The position numbers were made by a program, and so were the translations under genes. A DNA stretch of 64,000 nucleotides. It comes from Octopus sinensis (Eukaryota). The stretch spans positions 81,778,001 to 81,842,000 of the forward strand of contig NC_042998.1 of the NCBI RefSeq assembly GCF_006345805.1. Reading direction: 5' to 3'. Shown piece by piece: positions 14,690-29,700 of this stretch. Each line of letters begins with the position of its first letter. The first letter of the stretch is position 1. The notes below the pieces were generated by a model, which worked only from the letters and a program-made list of their open reading frames with translations, searched no databases and had not been told where the DNA came from.

Positions 14690-15371
14690 ACACACACACA
14701 TATATATATATGTATCAGCGGTGGTGCCCCAGCATGGCCGCGGCCTTCGGGCTAAAACATTTTTAAGGATTTAAGGATACACACACACACATATATATAT
14801 ATACATACATACATACATACATATATATATATATATGGTTATATTCTGTTAAGATCGCAGTAGAGTAGAGGAGTACAGTATAAAACTCGTCCACCTTCAG
14901 ATTTCACCCTGTGCTATTTAGTAGTAGTATTATACGTACTTCCAGGTTTGCGTTTGACCATCTGTCGTGTGTGAATATTTAACTCAAAATAATTGGAGTC
15001 GACAAGGAGGAGTACAGGTGAATATGTTTATCTGTCAACACCACAACAAACTAGAGATGTTACAATTAGAACTACCAAAACTCTGGAAATTTTCTGCTTT
15101 GCCTTTCAACTACTATCTTTATATTTGTCACTTATATGAACGTAAATCCGGTAGAGAGAACGTGAGCACCATTTTACTGGAGCTTAAATGCAATTTTCAA
15201 AATCATTGTTAATACAACATAGTAACATATCATATCTGGTTAATACGTATGTATTAAGTTCGCTCAATTTTCCTCAATTTGACTGCTACTTAGAGAATAT
15301 GTGTGTGCAATACATGTTGAAGTGCCCGTATGCCATCTTAGCCGCTGCCTTTATAATATCTGTACACATTA

Positions 15372-15551
15372 TAAGGCAGAAAGCTGGCAGAAACGTTAGT
15401 ACGTCAGGCGAAATACTTAGCGGTTCTGAGTTTAAATTCCGCCTTTCATCCTTTCGGGGTCGTTAAATTAAGTACTAGGGGAGGCGGCATCTAATCGATT
15501 GAACCCCCCCCCCAAAAAAAAATTTCGGGCCTTGTGCCTAGAGTAGAAAAG
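15372..15551 (+). mobile_element. tRNA-derived SINE, family A (internally deleted)
   Basis: TAAGGCAGAAAGCTGGCAGAAACGTTAG...CCTTGTGCCTAGAGTAGAAAAG; 15-bp TSD AATATCTGTA(C/T)ACAT at 15355-15369 and 15552-15566. Confidence 0.9.
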
Positions 15552-16495
15552 AATATCTGTATACATGATTGGTTACGCCTACCATCATGCGACTTGAACC
15601 GCTAACCACATTCACTCCAATTCAACCGCCACTAACGATCTCTACAACTTAACTGCTATTCACGTTCACTCCACCTTAGACCTGTCTCTCCGTCCACTCC
15701 ACTTTAAATACAATTTTAATTGTGACAATATATAGGATAGGAATGCCTTTAGCTCTAACTGAACAGCAACTATCACAATCGCGGTATACGACACAGTAAA
15801 ACCTCCAGTCAATCGATCTTAACTGTCTCTTTCACAATCCCAGTATACTACATACAAACACATCTCTCTCTCAATTTCACGTTCTCTCTCTCTCTCCATT
15901 TCTCACTCTTTTTCCATTTAGATTCATTATATACAGCACAGAAATGAGGTTTCCTCAACCGCTATTTTCAGAACGCCAGTATTCAGGGCAGAAAATCCTT
16001 CCGCTCCACTTTAGTGCTACTAGTAGTATCACTGTATGAATCACAGGCATTCTCTCACGTGACAATTTTCTCTGTCACGTCAAAAACAACGAACGCAACT
16101 TATTTCTTTTCCCCGTTATCTATTATATTCACTATGAAAAAAATTCATTTCCCCTAAAACACTATTCTTATAATTCAGCACAAACACACGTTATTTCGAC
16201 ATTTACAATCGCTAGATGTAAGACAGGGAATACTCGCTCTAAATTCTCTGTTATTTTCTCTGCGATACTATTTACTCCCTCGCTCCATCTCAACCACTGC
16301 TTTCTCTATTACGATATACAGCATATGAATAGCTTTCACTCCATCGTATACGTTGCGTGCAAAAATCACCGTATACAAGACCGTAATACTTTCTTTCAGT
16401 TTTATAGTCTATTTTAGAACCGCACTATGCAGCACTGGGAGTTCATTGTATTAACCCTTTACAGCTATTTTCATTATCACTTTGTGGAAGACATT

Positions 16496-16640
16496 GTGCT
16501 GAGTTCAAATTTCGCCGAGGCGGATTATGCTTTTCATCCTTCCCAGGTCGATAAAATAATTAATTGTCAAACACTAGGGTCAATGTAATCGGCTTCCTCT
16601 CCCTTCAAAAAGTACTTGCTCTGTACCAAAGTTTGAAACC
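16496..16640 (+). mobile_element. tRNA-derived SINE, family A (truncated, diverged)
   Basis: GAGTTCAAATTTCGCCGAGG...TTTCATCCTT...GTCGATAAAATAA...GGGTCAATGTAATCG. Confidence 0.8.
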
Positions 16641-16822
16641 GTTTTCACTTTGAGAAAGAATGAGAAGCCTCTAGTTCACTCTCGACCATCTACTTGTAAG
16701 GTCATAATCACAAATATTGTTTTTCTTCGCCTAAAACCACTACTTTCAGAATCACTATAAAGAGTGATCGAGCACTTCATGGTAATTCATAACAACACTA
16801 ACTCTCGCTACACAACGTACTG

Positions 16823-17306
<484 letters not shown>

Positions 17307-17484
17307 GTCTTATTAACAAATATGATTAATAATTTTTACATATTTTGAATATCAGTGGCAATACCATATAACATTTGAAGCAGAAGCACCTGTTAGATGG
17401 GCTGCAGTTTATTTGCATTGGATTAATAAATAATTATTGATGTAAATCAATTGTTGTTAATCAGTACTTATCCATTTTTGTTTT

Positions 17485-17546
<62 letters not shown>

Positions 17547-17547
<1 letters not shown>

Positions 17548-17746
17548 ACGGAGGCGTGCTGAAAAGTTCTTGGCTTTAAGGATGTCGTGAAAGGCCTGGC
17601 TGGAGGCCTAACTCTCTGAGTTCTTTTACAAGGCTTAGGAAAACGGAAGGACCGCCGCAATAAGTGAATGAATCTGAGTAAAACCTTAACTGATCTTCCT
17701 GTATTTTCTTCAATCCAAAGCCAGGAACGTTTCAGCACTCCTCGCA
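17547..17746. mobile_element. Mariner-derived MITE
   Basis: ~30-bp TIRs TACGGAGGCGTGCTGAAAAGTTCTTGGCTTT / AAAGCCAGGAACGTTTCAGCACTCCTCGCA; inserted at a (TA)n tract. Confidence 0.8.
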
Positions 17747-20700
17747 AATATGTTCATATGTCAGACTTTCTGACATAATTACTTTCATAATAGTTGTATT
17801 AGAATCTCAATGTACTACATCAGTAAATAGCTTACGGAATTTCTTTGCAAAACTGAGAATAAACCTGGTTCACTCTACACCAACAGTAACTTAGCAAATT
17901 ACCAGACAGAAGAGCCAAACTCTTTCTATGTCTTCCCCATAACTACATTTTACAACATTACTAAATTTAACTCGCTAGACTTATATTGACAAGATATAAC
18001 TGCTTAATTAATTTTTAAAGCATAATTTATAGCAAAGATAATCTTCTACTTTACATAAGCCAATTATTGTCAGTCATACATAGAGCCTAAGAACATATTT
18101 TAACCTCACCTAGATTTCATAATTATGGTTTACAAGATTAGAACACTCACTGTCTCTTCACAATAAAGCGCTGTGTACATTTACCAGTAACACAAAATCA
18201 TTCATTTTAATTGTATTTAACTGTTACTCTTTGGCTCTGCTGTTGCAACACATTCGTCACCCACCTAAAGTTATAATTAGCATAATCACTCAGAATTTTA
18301 TAAAGCAGTATATGTTCTCTTTTACTTCACCTTAGCCGGTACGTTCAGAATCATTGCACAAAACAAAATGGCACAATTGATCTATCCTAGTACGTTAGAA
18401 TGTTTGTATATGACATTAGAAAAGCTTCGTCTATACGACCTAACTGTTACTTTTAGAATCATTACATACAGTACGATTATAATCCTCAATCGAGTATAAC
18501 TGCTACAATCAGAATCAAATCATGCAACAACGTAACCCCATGTCATTCACACGGATAAACCGTTTCTTAACTACAACTACTTTTACAGTCACGATATTCA
18601 ACACTGAAATAACTTAGTCCACTGCAACTTAACTTCAACCTTAACAAGCAGAGTTTTCAGGGTAAGAACGGTTTTCTGTCACTCTACCTAAACTACAATG
18701 CTTAGAACGGCAGCAAAGAACTCAGAAACAGTTATAGCTGAATGCACTTCCCCGTATTACATCTTAGAATATCAATTCCTATTTTCATTATGCTATCATA
18801 TTAAATAATGTAGGAACAATTTCTTTCCTTCATCTCAGCTAATTTCGGCATTATATACAGCAAAAATGCAACTTTAATTCAACCTCAGCTCGATCTTTCA
18901 GCATCATGTGATACAAATACACACTCTCCTTCTTTTACACAGTTGTGACTGCTACAGTATTCCTGTATCACAGTATACAGGAATAATTGTACTCATTCCA
19001 CATTCACCGCCACTGTCGGGAAACAGTTTACATTACATCGATATACACTACATTAATCACTCTTCCAGAATCATTGTATACAACAAAAATATTCTTTTTG
19101 CACTACTTTCAACACCACTTTTAATAAAATTTCATTCTATAAGTTTCAAATTAAGCTTTACAACAGGATAGTGCAGTTTGTATTTCTTTCCCTCATCTGT
19201 TATTTATTTTAAATCTATATACGACACAAATACTTCATTCTTCTTTAATTGTTACTTTTAGTTGCACGTTATATTACAGGAACATCTTTAGTCTTAGCTT
19301 ACCTTCTCCTCTCGGTACCAAAATGCGTTTATTTATATACCATAGAAACCCAGTTCTTCAACCCACTTTCAAAATGATCTTCAAAAATCACAGTATATAC
19401 ACGATAGGAAATACTCACCCTACACGAGAACCCAATACTCTCAGAATCACCTATACAATTCAAGAATACCATATTTTCCCCTAAATCTAAAGAAAAACAT
19501 TTCAAATATATAAGGCATAAACACTTAGACCTGACACCCCAACCATTACATTCAGACTCCCTGGGTTCTGTCACGCTACTTTAAAATGTTACACCAAACG
19601 TTATTCTGTACACTATAGGCATAACTTTAGACAAATCTCTGCCAAGTATCAATTTTTGTACAACTTTCACTTGAAACGAGTATGCAAGACACTGCCATCA
19701 TTATTTACTTCCATGTAAAACGTTTCTTTCAGAATCCAGTTATACAATCTCTTTCCATCTTTAATTCAGCTTTAAAAACGATTTCTACAATCATAGTGTA
19801 CAACAAAGAATCATATAGTCTACCATCTAGCTACTAGCAACCACTATAGTATTACAGCAGTACATGTTTAACTCATCTTGAACATAGTATTTACATGGCG
19901 TAGAATAAAATTTCATTCACTCAAATTTATCTATAACGTTTATTAACATGATCTCTTATTATTCATCGCAACCATCATTCCATATCAATACCAGTGCAGT
20001 TACGTCTCATTTCGGATATCTTCCTAGAAGTAACGATTTAAAATAAATAACTGTTTCGTTGTAGTGCTCATAGATTTGTATGCCGTTTCCCTTCCAAGGA
20101 GAGCTACCTGCGATGTCATCTAGCGTGTATAGTAATACTCTGTTTAACAATGGTGCTGCTCCAGCATGGCCACAGCCTTTGAACTGAAGTGCATAAAAAT
20201 AAGGATTAAAATAATCTAAGTGCATTTTTCTTTCGAATTATGCAACTTGACTCGTGCAATATCACATTAAACTTATATATTACCAATCAAATACATATAC
20301 ATCACTTGCATGCACTTTTACGATGACATAGTCATCATAAAAACTTCACACCATCAAATGAAACAGGTTTATAAAAATTGTACTGCAAACATAGAAACAA
20401 TCTTTTTCGCTGTAAATGGTGGTAGCACTTTAACACTGACGACTGTTTTCTTTTTTTTTTTTTTTGTGTGTGAGTTTCTTTAGTTGAAGTACTGCATTCA
20501 GCTCCTGGGTAGAAAGATGTAGGGATTTCTATGCTAACATGGTTTTACAATGGAAAGAATGAAACGAGTAACTTGACCATCATTTCACGATAGAAAAACG
20601 AAATGAGGTATCCCTAAATTCTCTGAAGTACGTAGTCTTGATTTCAATTAAACAAGTAATAAACTGGCTGTAAATGACTTTGAACAGTAGATTTATTGCC

Positions 20701-20788
20701 ATTAGGTATAAGGTAAAACACAGAACCAATAGGGCTGTTGAGAGAATGGGGTAGCAGATCATTCATTCAATATTATTTATATATGTTG

Positions 20789-20995
20789 TAAGGCGGCGAG
20801 CTGGCAGAAACGTTAGCACGTTGGGCGAAATGCTTAGAGGTATTTCGGCTGTCTGAGTTCAAATTCCACCGAGGTCGACTATGCCTTTCATCCTTTCGGG
20901 GTCGATAAATTAAGTACCAGTTGCGTACTGGGTCCATCTAATTGACCGCACCCTCTTAATTTTTCGGGCCTTGTGCCTAGAGTAGAAAAGAATAT
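20789..20995 (+). mobile_element. tRNA-derived SINE, family A, near full length
   Basis: TAAGGCGGCGAGCTGGCAGAAACGTTAGCACG...GAGTTCAAATTCC...CCTTGTGCCTAGAGTAGAAAAGAAT. Confidence 0.9.
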
Positions 20996-22589
20996 TATCG
21001 AGGTCAACGAACTTAACACGCAATAACCGACTATAGCTGAACCTAAGAAGTTTGTGGTTTGTATTTCTTTAGAACCAAACAAAGAAGAAAACACTTTCCA
21101 ATGTTTCTCTTTGTATACTTAGTGTATCTCGGCTTGCATTATTTGTTCTTCCATTAGATTTTTAAGACAGTAGAATGTGTTTTAAAAGCGAATCTAGGTT
21201 GTACAAGGTTGCTACCTCAGCACATCTATCGAGATGATTGCAGTTGTTGTAATTTAGCCCCAAAGCAGCTCTGACCAAGCATACTTACAATCAGAGTCGT
21301 TCTACCCGAGATCATTCCAAAACCCGATACATAATATCTAACACTGCACCATCCAATGAGCATTTCCTTCTTTTAAAGAACGTAGTGTATGATTGGGCAG
21401 GCATTTCACTATCATTTATAGAGGCAGCAGTTGCAAAGTAAAATTGATTCTGAATTTATTAGCTACATTGAACTGGATTCCTCCCTAACTGGCGATAAAC
21501 TGTAAGAATATTGTCTCTCGAGGTTATATAAACTGGAGATAGGTAGGGCTACAGAAGGTAACCCAAGTCGGTGAAAGGTCACATGTTAGTACGGAGCCAT
21601 ATTATACCGCCATCCATTTGTCTTAAATAAAATACATGATATATTTTTGACTGGATGTTGAATGTTTGAAGTTAAAGATTATGATAAGTAATAAACTGGG
21701 GAACGCTTACATTTTAACTTTAACCGATGTACTACCTTAAGAAAAGTGACTTTTCCTGCTATTTTTCAGTGCATCTTATTCATTTTATTCAATGCTACAA
21801 GCTTTCAAAGAATGGTTGAGGATTTTAATTTAAAAGCACACAATTTGGGGAATTCTGAAGTAGATAGGTTATTCATAAAGTTTGAACGCCTACTCACTAT
21901 CATTCATCAAACGAACGGAATGAATGTTACAATAGCATGATATGGCAACAACTCGGTTAACTTTAATTTAAACAAAAGATTATAAAAGAATAGAACGAAG
22001 ACCTCCCGTTTGCTTTTATGAATATTAACTCAATGGCTTCTTGAACTTTAAACACTCAGTCACCTTGTAGCATAATGTTTAAATTTGTGCGTCATTCCAC
22101 GAAAGAAAGTTCATCTCATTTGGATTTTAATTATTTGACATTGATAAAATCACTTCCTGATCAGATATCCAATGCATTATCAAATATATTTAGCTAGCAC
22201 AAAAAACACCCCACCAGAAAAACATACAAAATAAAAAACAACCAAACAAAGAAGCGAAAAAATCGATGCATTAATTGAAAATGTGTTAGTCATTAGAATA
22301 CACTCGTAACACCGAATTTTAATTAAATCAATATCGGGGCAGCGTGATACAATCTCAACAAGTCATTTATCTCGGATCACCTGTATCAAAGACATGAGAT
22401 AATTCTGATGAAAACTACAAATATTTCTGCTCAACGATTGCTTCACTTTTAAATACCGCTTTTAATGCAGTCATAACATAATATTGTGTAAGCAATGAAC
22501 GATAAGTACATACCAACCGATTTGTGTGATACAAAATCGAAAAAAGTGTCTGATTATTTCAATGATGAACACATGCTCTAATTATTGTT

Positions 22590-23950
22590 TTAAATTGTAG
22601 TACAAGGCCAGTCATTTTAATGGAAGGAGAGATACTTGGTTGGTACTTTATGAATACTTTATTTTATGATCGCAAAGTTGACCTCAGAAAGGTTTGAACT
22701 CAGAACGTAAACAGTCGAAAGAAATAGCACTATGTATTTTGTCCAATGCTCTTCTAAACCTGCCTAATGATATGTTCTAGTACTCCTTCCTACTACTGAA
22801 ATTTTGGAGATGGGCAAATCGATGAGATCAAACCCACTTCTCAACTGATACTTATTTCCTCGAACTCGAAAGGATGAAAGGCAAAGTCAATTCGGCTGAA
22901 TTCGAGACACATAACTTAAAAGCAGATGAAATGCGCGAGGCATGCTGTCCGGCGTGCTAACAATTCTGCCCGATCTTCGCTCTGTGGTATGTTCTAATAA
23001 TAATCAATCATAAATTCTTTCGTTTTGTTTCGTATTCTTACCAAATGTATGGTTTTACTCATGAATCCACAGCTTCATTTTCTTTATGATTTTCGCCCGT
23101 GAATTAAGGTGACGAGCTGGCAGAAACGTTAGCACGCCGGGCGAAATGCGTAGCCGTATTTCGTCTGCCGTTACGTTCTGAGATCAAATTCCGCCGAGGT
23201 CGACTTTGCCTTTCATCCTTTCGAGGTCGATAAATTAAGTACCAGTTACGCACTGGGGTCGATACACTCGACTTAATCTGTCTGTATGTCTTTGTTTGTC
23301 TCCTCTGTGTTTAGCCCCTTGTGGGTAGTAAAGAAATAGGTAGTTCGTCTATCTTTATGTTCTGAGTTCAAATTCCGCCGCCGAGGTCGACTTTGCCTTT
23401 CATCCTTTCGGGGTCTATAAATTAAGTATCATTTGCGCACTGGGGTCGATCTAATCAACTTGCCCCCTCCCCCAAAATTTCGGGCCTTGTGCCTACAGTA
23501 GATAAGATTTTTGCCCGCTAATGCAGTTTTATATGGTCTATAATTGCTCATTTCGAATTGTAGCCCACAGGCAGTAATTTCGATTACACCGAGCCCAGTG
23601 ATCAACAGGTACTTATTTCATCGACCTCGAAAGGATGGAAAGTCAAGTTGACCCTGGTGGAATATAAACTCAGAACGTAACGACGGACGGAATGCCGCTA
23701 AGCATTTCTTCCAGCCTGAAAACGGCTGTACCAGCTCGCCGCCTTCGTATAGTCTATAACTTATTTTGGCACAAGGTTAGTAATTTCGGGGAATGGGTAG
23801 GTCGATCGCATTCAACTCAACTGGTACTTATTTTACCGACCCCGAAAGAATGAGAGGCAAGGTCGACCTCTGCGGAATTTGAACGCAGAACGAAATGCTG
23901 CCAAGCATTTTGCCCAGCGTGCTAATGATGCTGCCAGCTTGCCGCCTTTA
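22590..23950. mobile_element. Cluster of six family-A SINEs (orientations -,-,+,+,-,-)
   Basis: Copies at about 22590-22770(-), 22790-22980(-), 23106-23340(+), 23340-23506(+), 23560-23745(-) and 23765-23949(-), each with B-box GTTC(A/G)AA and GAAAGGATGAAAGG/CCTTTCATCCTTTC-like motifs. Confidence 0.88.
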
Positions 23951-24654
23951 AAGTAGCCTGGTGTCATCCCGCTATGCTACATCACTGAGTAGGTGTACTG
24001 GCCTACACAAGAGTATGATAAATGCAAGAAATTAATACATTTGTTGATAGCTTCTGGAGTGTGAAATGCATCATTAATCAGATACCGAGTGCCCTGAAAT
24101 GTCGTCATGAAATGATAATATATACTATCATTAAAACCTATTATTAAACATTAGACGCCGACAATATATTATTCCAGACATCGACGCAAAGCTGTACTTT
24201 AATATCTCAACAAGGCTTTAACTACAAACACTGAATTACAAAATAGTACAATGTACAAGACAACGACTTTTGCTGGATTTAAATGATATCACATGTGAAA
24301 TGTACTTAGATTTACTAACATAATACCTACTCAACTTTAACCCAAGTTGTACTTACTCATTTTCCATTATTCAAATAAAAAAAAAAATATCTATATCAGT
24401 GGAGTATTTTTTTTACAAATTTGATAGGAAAAGACTAGGTTATTGAATAGGTTATCTTTCACGATGAATACCTAATGATGACATATATTGCGTTCAAATG
24501 ATTCTTTGTCATGTCGAGCCGGACGACTGGAATTTTTTAAAAGTTTCTCCCCCACATTTAAATCACGATTAATAAATAATATTCTCCTGGTAGCTGTCAG
24601 TATCAACTACCTTCAGCTAATTTGAAATTTCTGTTAGTGATATGGATGTGTTGA

Positions 24655-24945
24655 CAGGGTCATAGTGACGATGATGATGCTGATGACGACAACGACGACG
24701 ACGTTGAGGTTGATGATGGAAAGGAGAAGCACGACGATTGCGACATCGATGGTAATGGTGACGATGGTCACAATGAGGATGCGGATTACGAGAAAGAGAT
24801 AATGATGAAGAGGTTGTGGAGGATAAGAAAGATGTAAATGAGAAGGCGGACAACGAGAAGAATGATGATGATGGTGGGGAGGAGGATAAAGTAAAGAAGA
24901 TCATTGATGGTGTTAGTAGGGTTGATTGTGAAAATGATAATCAAA
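24655..24945. repeat. Degenerate (GAT/GAC/GAG)n low-complexity tract
   Basis: GATGATGATGCTGATGACGACAACGACGACG... decayed trinucleotide repeat with stops in the acidic reading frame. Confidence 0.8.
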
Positions 24946-26314
24946 TTACTAAACAAAGACAACGCAATAAATGTTTCTCCTGAAGGACTGGCTACTGTCT
25001 ACTTGTGTGTGTCGATAATGTGGAAGAAGATAATTGCTTCCATTCTTTCAGTGATAAAATGCCCCACTTCCTTGGATGCAGGAAGGTGCAAAAAGAGAAT
25101 TTGTTTTAGTGCTCTAATATTTTTACCAAGAAGCCAGCTCTTGATTAGAACCTGAAACCAGATCGAATTGCAATGAAAGCCGAAAAGATATCTGCCTGCC
25201 GCCATTTGTTTCCACCTTCACGCAGTTTTATAGATTCGCTCAGTTGCTTAGAGATATGTACTTATATAGAAGCACACACAGACACATTATACACTCACTC
25301 GCACATCATGCGTACACTCTTTTTTTAAAAATATATTTCTCTCATATTCTGTTTTCGCCTCTTACATTAATTTATCTCTCTTTACCCACTTCTTTTCCTC
25401 CCACTGTGTCTCTTTCAATCTGATTTTATATCAACCGCTATTACGATAAAAGATGAAGCAATACAATCAATTATATTATATATTCATACACATTCTCTTT
25501 CAGACTCCTTCCTTACTTACTCTTTTTTTAAAAATATCTTCTGTCTTTCTATTATTCAAACTAGACAAACCATTGTATTAGAGCATACATTTGAAAAGAA
25601 ATATAATCCAGTACAAAATAATGAAAATGCGAGATGACAGATAAAAATATTCCATTCTATTACAATCACAAGACGGGGAAATATACTCTCTATTGTTCGA
25701 TAAATTAATTTAGCTGTGACAAGCTATGATCGAGCGCAATAAAACGTATATATGATGTTGGCTTCATTTTCAATATCAACACATAAAACAAGGGAATGGC
25801 ACACATAACTGAGATGGACTTAGCCTTACACAAACTGACGGCAATTTGTGGGTTCGTGCAGTTAGTCCTGAATCGACAAAGAAACTGAAAAGAGAAAGGA
25901 AGAAAAGAAAAAAATATATTTCTTCGTCTGTGCAAGTGAAATTGTACGGGTATAAGAAATAGCATACCATGCATTAGACGCGAAGATGTACAAGTGAAAT
26001 TGTATGTGAATATACATCGAAGGAGCCCGAGGGAATATTTTATAATCTTGGATATTACACATTCACGATAAAAACCAAATGCGTTTAGAATTCTGCAGTG
26101 CGAAAACTGCAACTGTGAAGGGTGATGGATGATGGTAATGGCGTCGAGCTCACAGTTATCCATTGTATAAGCTTATGATGTTCTTTACTAATTAGAGTAG
26201 TATTCTCGCTGCATTGGTCATTGCTAAGGTGGGCTGTTAAAGCGGTATTAGGGGTGATGTTTCATAATTGGTATGCTCCTATGTAAGTTTATTGATGATT
26301 AACAAGAATAAAAT

Positions 26315-26626
26315 TCCGGTATTCTGTCGGTTGCGGTTGAATCCACGGGGTAGTCTGGTCATGAAATTAACGTAGAAGTGGCTGAGTACTCCACAGACAC
26401 GTGCTACTATAACGTGGTTCTCAGGGAAAATCAGCATTCAGTGTAATAGAGAATGTAACAAGGATGGCCATTTGAAATGCAGGTACAACTTACTTTTGAA
26501 AGCTCAGTTGACTGGAACAACGCCAAATAAAGTGCCTTGCTCAAGAACACAACGTGCCTCCAGCTATCGAACTCACATCCTCACAACCTTGAGCCGAATG
26601 CTGTAACCACTCGGTTACAGGCCTTC
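26315..26626 (-). mobile_element. tRNA-derived SINE, family C
   Basis: CTCCACAGACACGTG...AACGTGGTTCTCAGGGA...AAATAAAGTGCCTTGCTCAAGAACACAACG...ATCGAACTCAC; homologous to 54365-54655(-) and 45700-45930(+). Confidence 0.8.
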
Positions 26627-27059
26627 GCTATACGATTAGCAAAACTAAGGTAAAATTGCAGTAACGACTGATAACATGTTCACACTTACGTCGACTGATC
26701 ATTCCTATTTTGGGTTTTATCGACTTGTACGACGAAGAAGACCGAAAAAACTGTAGTTCTCAACTATTGAACATGTTAGGCAACTATTCGCTATAAACCA
26801 TGCATTAAGCAGTCCTTAGTAACATCGCTTACATAGCAACTGCTAAGTCACTATTGGCTTAGAAATATTTGTAATGTAATCTTGTTTGTGAAACAAATCT
26901 AAAACGGAGAATTGTTTGATTGGTCCCAAAAGTATTCACGCTTCTTTACGTATTGTCAAAATTGGTGTGCAAAGGAATTACATAACTTTGCTAGCTATGC
27001 CCAGAGGAAAGGGCCGTGTGCGTAGCACTTGTAGGGTTATCTATACTGCTGAGATTGCT

Positions 27060-27400
27060 TGGATGGGTGGGATACGTTCTCGTTAAACACTTGCAAGTCT
27101 ACACTTGCAGGGAAGATATGAGAAGGGAAGGAATTCCATTAGGTTGACAGTGTGGACATGAAGAACTACACATAGTGGTGCGTTCGGAAAATAAGGAAGT
27201 GGTAGACACAAAATGGACTATAGCAAGAGGAAAGAGGAATAGCAATGGAATGTTTTATTGGAAGCGGCACAAAATGGATCATCTCAGGAAAACTTATTAG
27301 AGTTGCAGTAGAGAAGGTAGGGGAAGAGAGATCGAGATAAGGAAAAGAGCGAAAAGGAGGGATAGCGCCAGCAGACTAGACGCTTCGAGGATGAGTATTT
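27060..27400 (-). pseudogene. Decayed LINE ORF2 C-terminal fragment (CR1/L2/Jockey-group-like)
   Basis: Minus-strand translation reads ...FFMSTLST*WNSFPSHIFPASVDLQVF, resembling the FF.R....WNxLP...F...L..FK end of these LINE ORF2 proteins. Confidence 0.5.
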
Positions 27401-27986
27401 CTCATTATCACTATATTCTCTCTGTCAGACATAGACTCACGCAAAACTGTTTCCATATCTTTAATACAGGGGCTTAACATATTTTTCTCTACTACTGTTT
27501 TCTTAGCGTATAACTGCCTAATTTAATCCTCATGGAAGCGGGGCAGTGCACCTAGGTTTATCCCGCTACAGCTAAGGAACCATCACTAATCCTGTCCAGC
27601 GTATGATGTTCTGACAAGAGGTAAGTGTGGCGTTACTCCTCACGCTTGTTCAGCACAGAGTTGGCTTCAGCGTGTGTATATGTATACGAACGCACGCTGA
27701 TAAATACGCTCATAAGTGTGTTCATGTATCAGTACATAAGTAAATAACGGGCAGGGACACGCAGAAAAATACACACTCATATCTGCATATGTGTGTGTGC
27801 ATGTGCGTGTGTGTGTATTTTCGCAAATATATGCTTGTTGATGGATACTTATTGTGTATAATATTAAGTATCTATCAGGCTTCTATCCTTTTTCACTTAC
27901 CCCGACCTCTCTTTGCATATATTTATGAATGCGCGTGTGTATAAAGGCGGTTATATGTGTCATTATATAATCGTGCATACATGCTC

Positions 27987-28058
<72 letters not shown>

Positions 28059-28267
28059 GTATATATATATATATATTTATATGTGGTTTTAGAGTCAAGT
28101 TTTGGCTGCTATTTTCAGCGTGGTGATATCTCTTAGATACCTTAAATTATAATTTTAATAATAATTATTGCCTTTGAAGGTTTTTATTCCCATGCTGGCT
28201 ACCTGGTAAGATCGATATTTAAATAACGATTTTATCCTTATTTATATAAATTTATATATATATATAT

Positions 28268-28733
28268 ATACTTAGACAGGTTTCGGCCACGTTGGCCCAG
28301 GCCATAGCTAACTTAATAGCACCACATGAACATTACATTTAGTAATGTATTTTTGTATAGTTACTTTTAGGCACCAATGCCTATTCGATTAAAGAGTTGC
28401 TTGCTACAATATATCCGGGTGTAGTTGGTTTAGCTGGAATTTGATGGAGATATTCATCCAGGAACCTTTTCAAGTTTATGAAATCTTTTTCCTTCTTTAT
28501 ATGTTTTGGAATGATGTTAAAAAGAGCAGGTCCAGTTGAGGAGAAGTAGTTCTGTGGAGAAATAGTTCTGTCTTAGTGTTGTGATGTGCTGAGAGCACGA
28601 TTTCTGTAGAGGACGCAATGGCACGGGTATCAAGCCATGGGTGGATTTTAAAAGTGATACCGTTATCATTTGGGCAATACTGTCGAAACAATTTCTGCAT
28701 CATACAAATAATAAAGCGGTCCCGGCGGCGCGA
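28268..28733 (-). mobile_element. CR1-like LINE 3' fragment
   Basis: RRRDRFIICMMQKLFRQYCPNDNGITFKIHPWL aligns with the 52.5-kb copy; shares the 3' end GGTGCTATTAAGTTAG..ATGGCCTGGGCCAA..TGGCCGAAACCT. Confidence 0.85.
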
Positions 28734-28917
28734 TGTCTGTGTCTGTGCACGCATGTCTCACTTATATGCTAGTATATATATTTTTACTGTGTACAATATC
28801 ACGTATGCATGTGTGTGTCCATGCGGACGTGCATGCATATATAAAATTGTGCGTGTACATAAAAGTGAGTGTGTATACCTGTGATCTGTGTGCATGCACA
28901 CATGTATCTGCATGCTC

Positions 28918-29232
<315 letters not shown>

Positions 29233-29638
29233 CTTCCCTGCTGTATCACCACCGCTTTTACGCATAATAAACTGTTATTTTGTCCGTGTATTTATTTCGT
29301 GTATATATGAGTGGCTGTGTGATTCCAATTAGCCCACTCCCTACCAAATTATAGAAGACCTGAAGGAAAGCGGAATAAAGGAAACACATACACCCCCCAC
29401 ACACACACATAGCCACGTCCGCCCACCGAAACTATGAAAGAAGAAAAGAAACAAAGACCCCACCTACAAATAACTCCTTTTAACTCTTTCGCAATTATTA
29501 ATAACCTTTATATTAATATATATCTCGATATGCTTATGTCATCGTTCTACCGTAGCGAATTAATAGATGTAAAGAATGGGGAATTCTAGGAACAGTTTTG
29601 ACAAGGACGAAGATGAGATGGTGTTGGCAGAGACAGCA

Positions 29639-29642
<4 letters not shown>

Positions 29643-29700
<58 letters not shown>

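Noticed and set aside
20789-20900. tRNA genes at SINE heads
   Set aside because: A and B boxes belong to multi-copy SINEs; no complete cloverleaf is evident.
24999-25153. Possible minus-strand exon after TTTCAG
   Set aside because: Short open frame with no recognisable protein similarity and a weak donor; insufficient support.
25705-26163. 152-aa ORF
   Set aside because: No recognisable motif, composition typical of AT-rich non-coding DNA, and no supporting exon structure.
29358-29392. CTGAAGGA...GAAACACATAC
   Set aside because: No stem II, non-palindromic stem III, wrong core.
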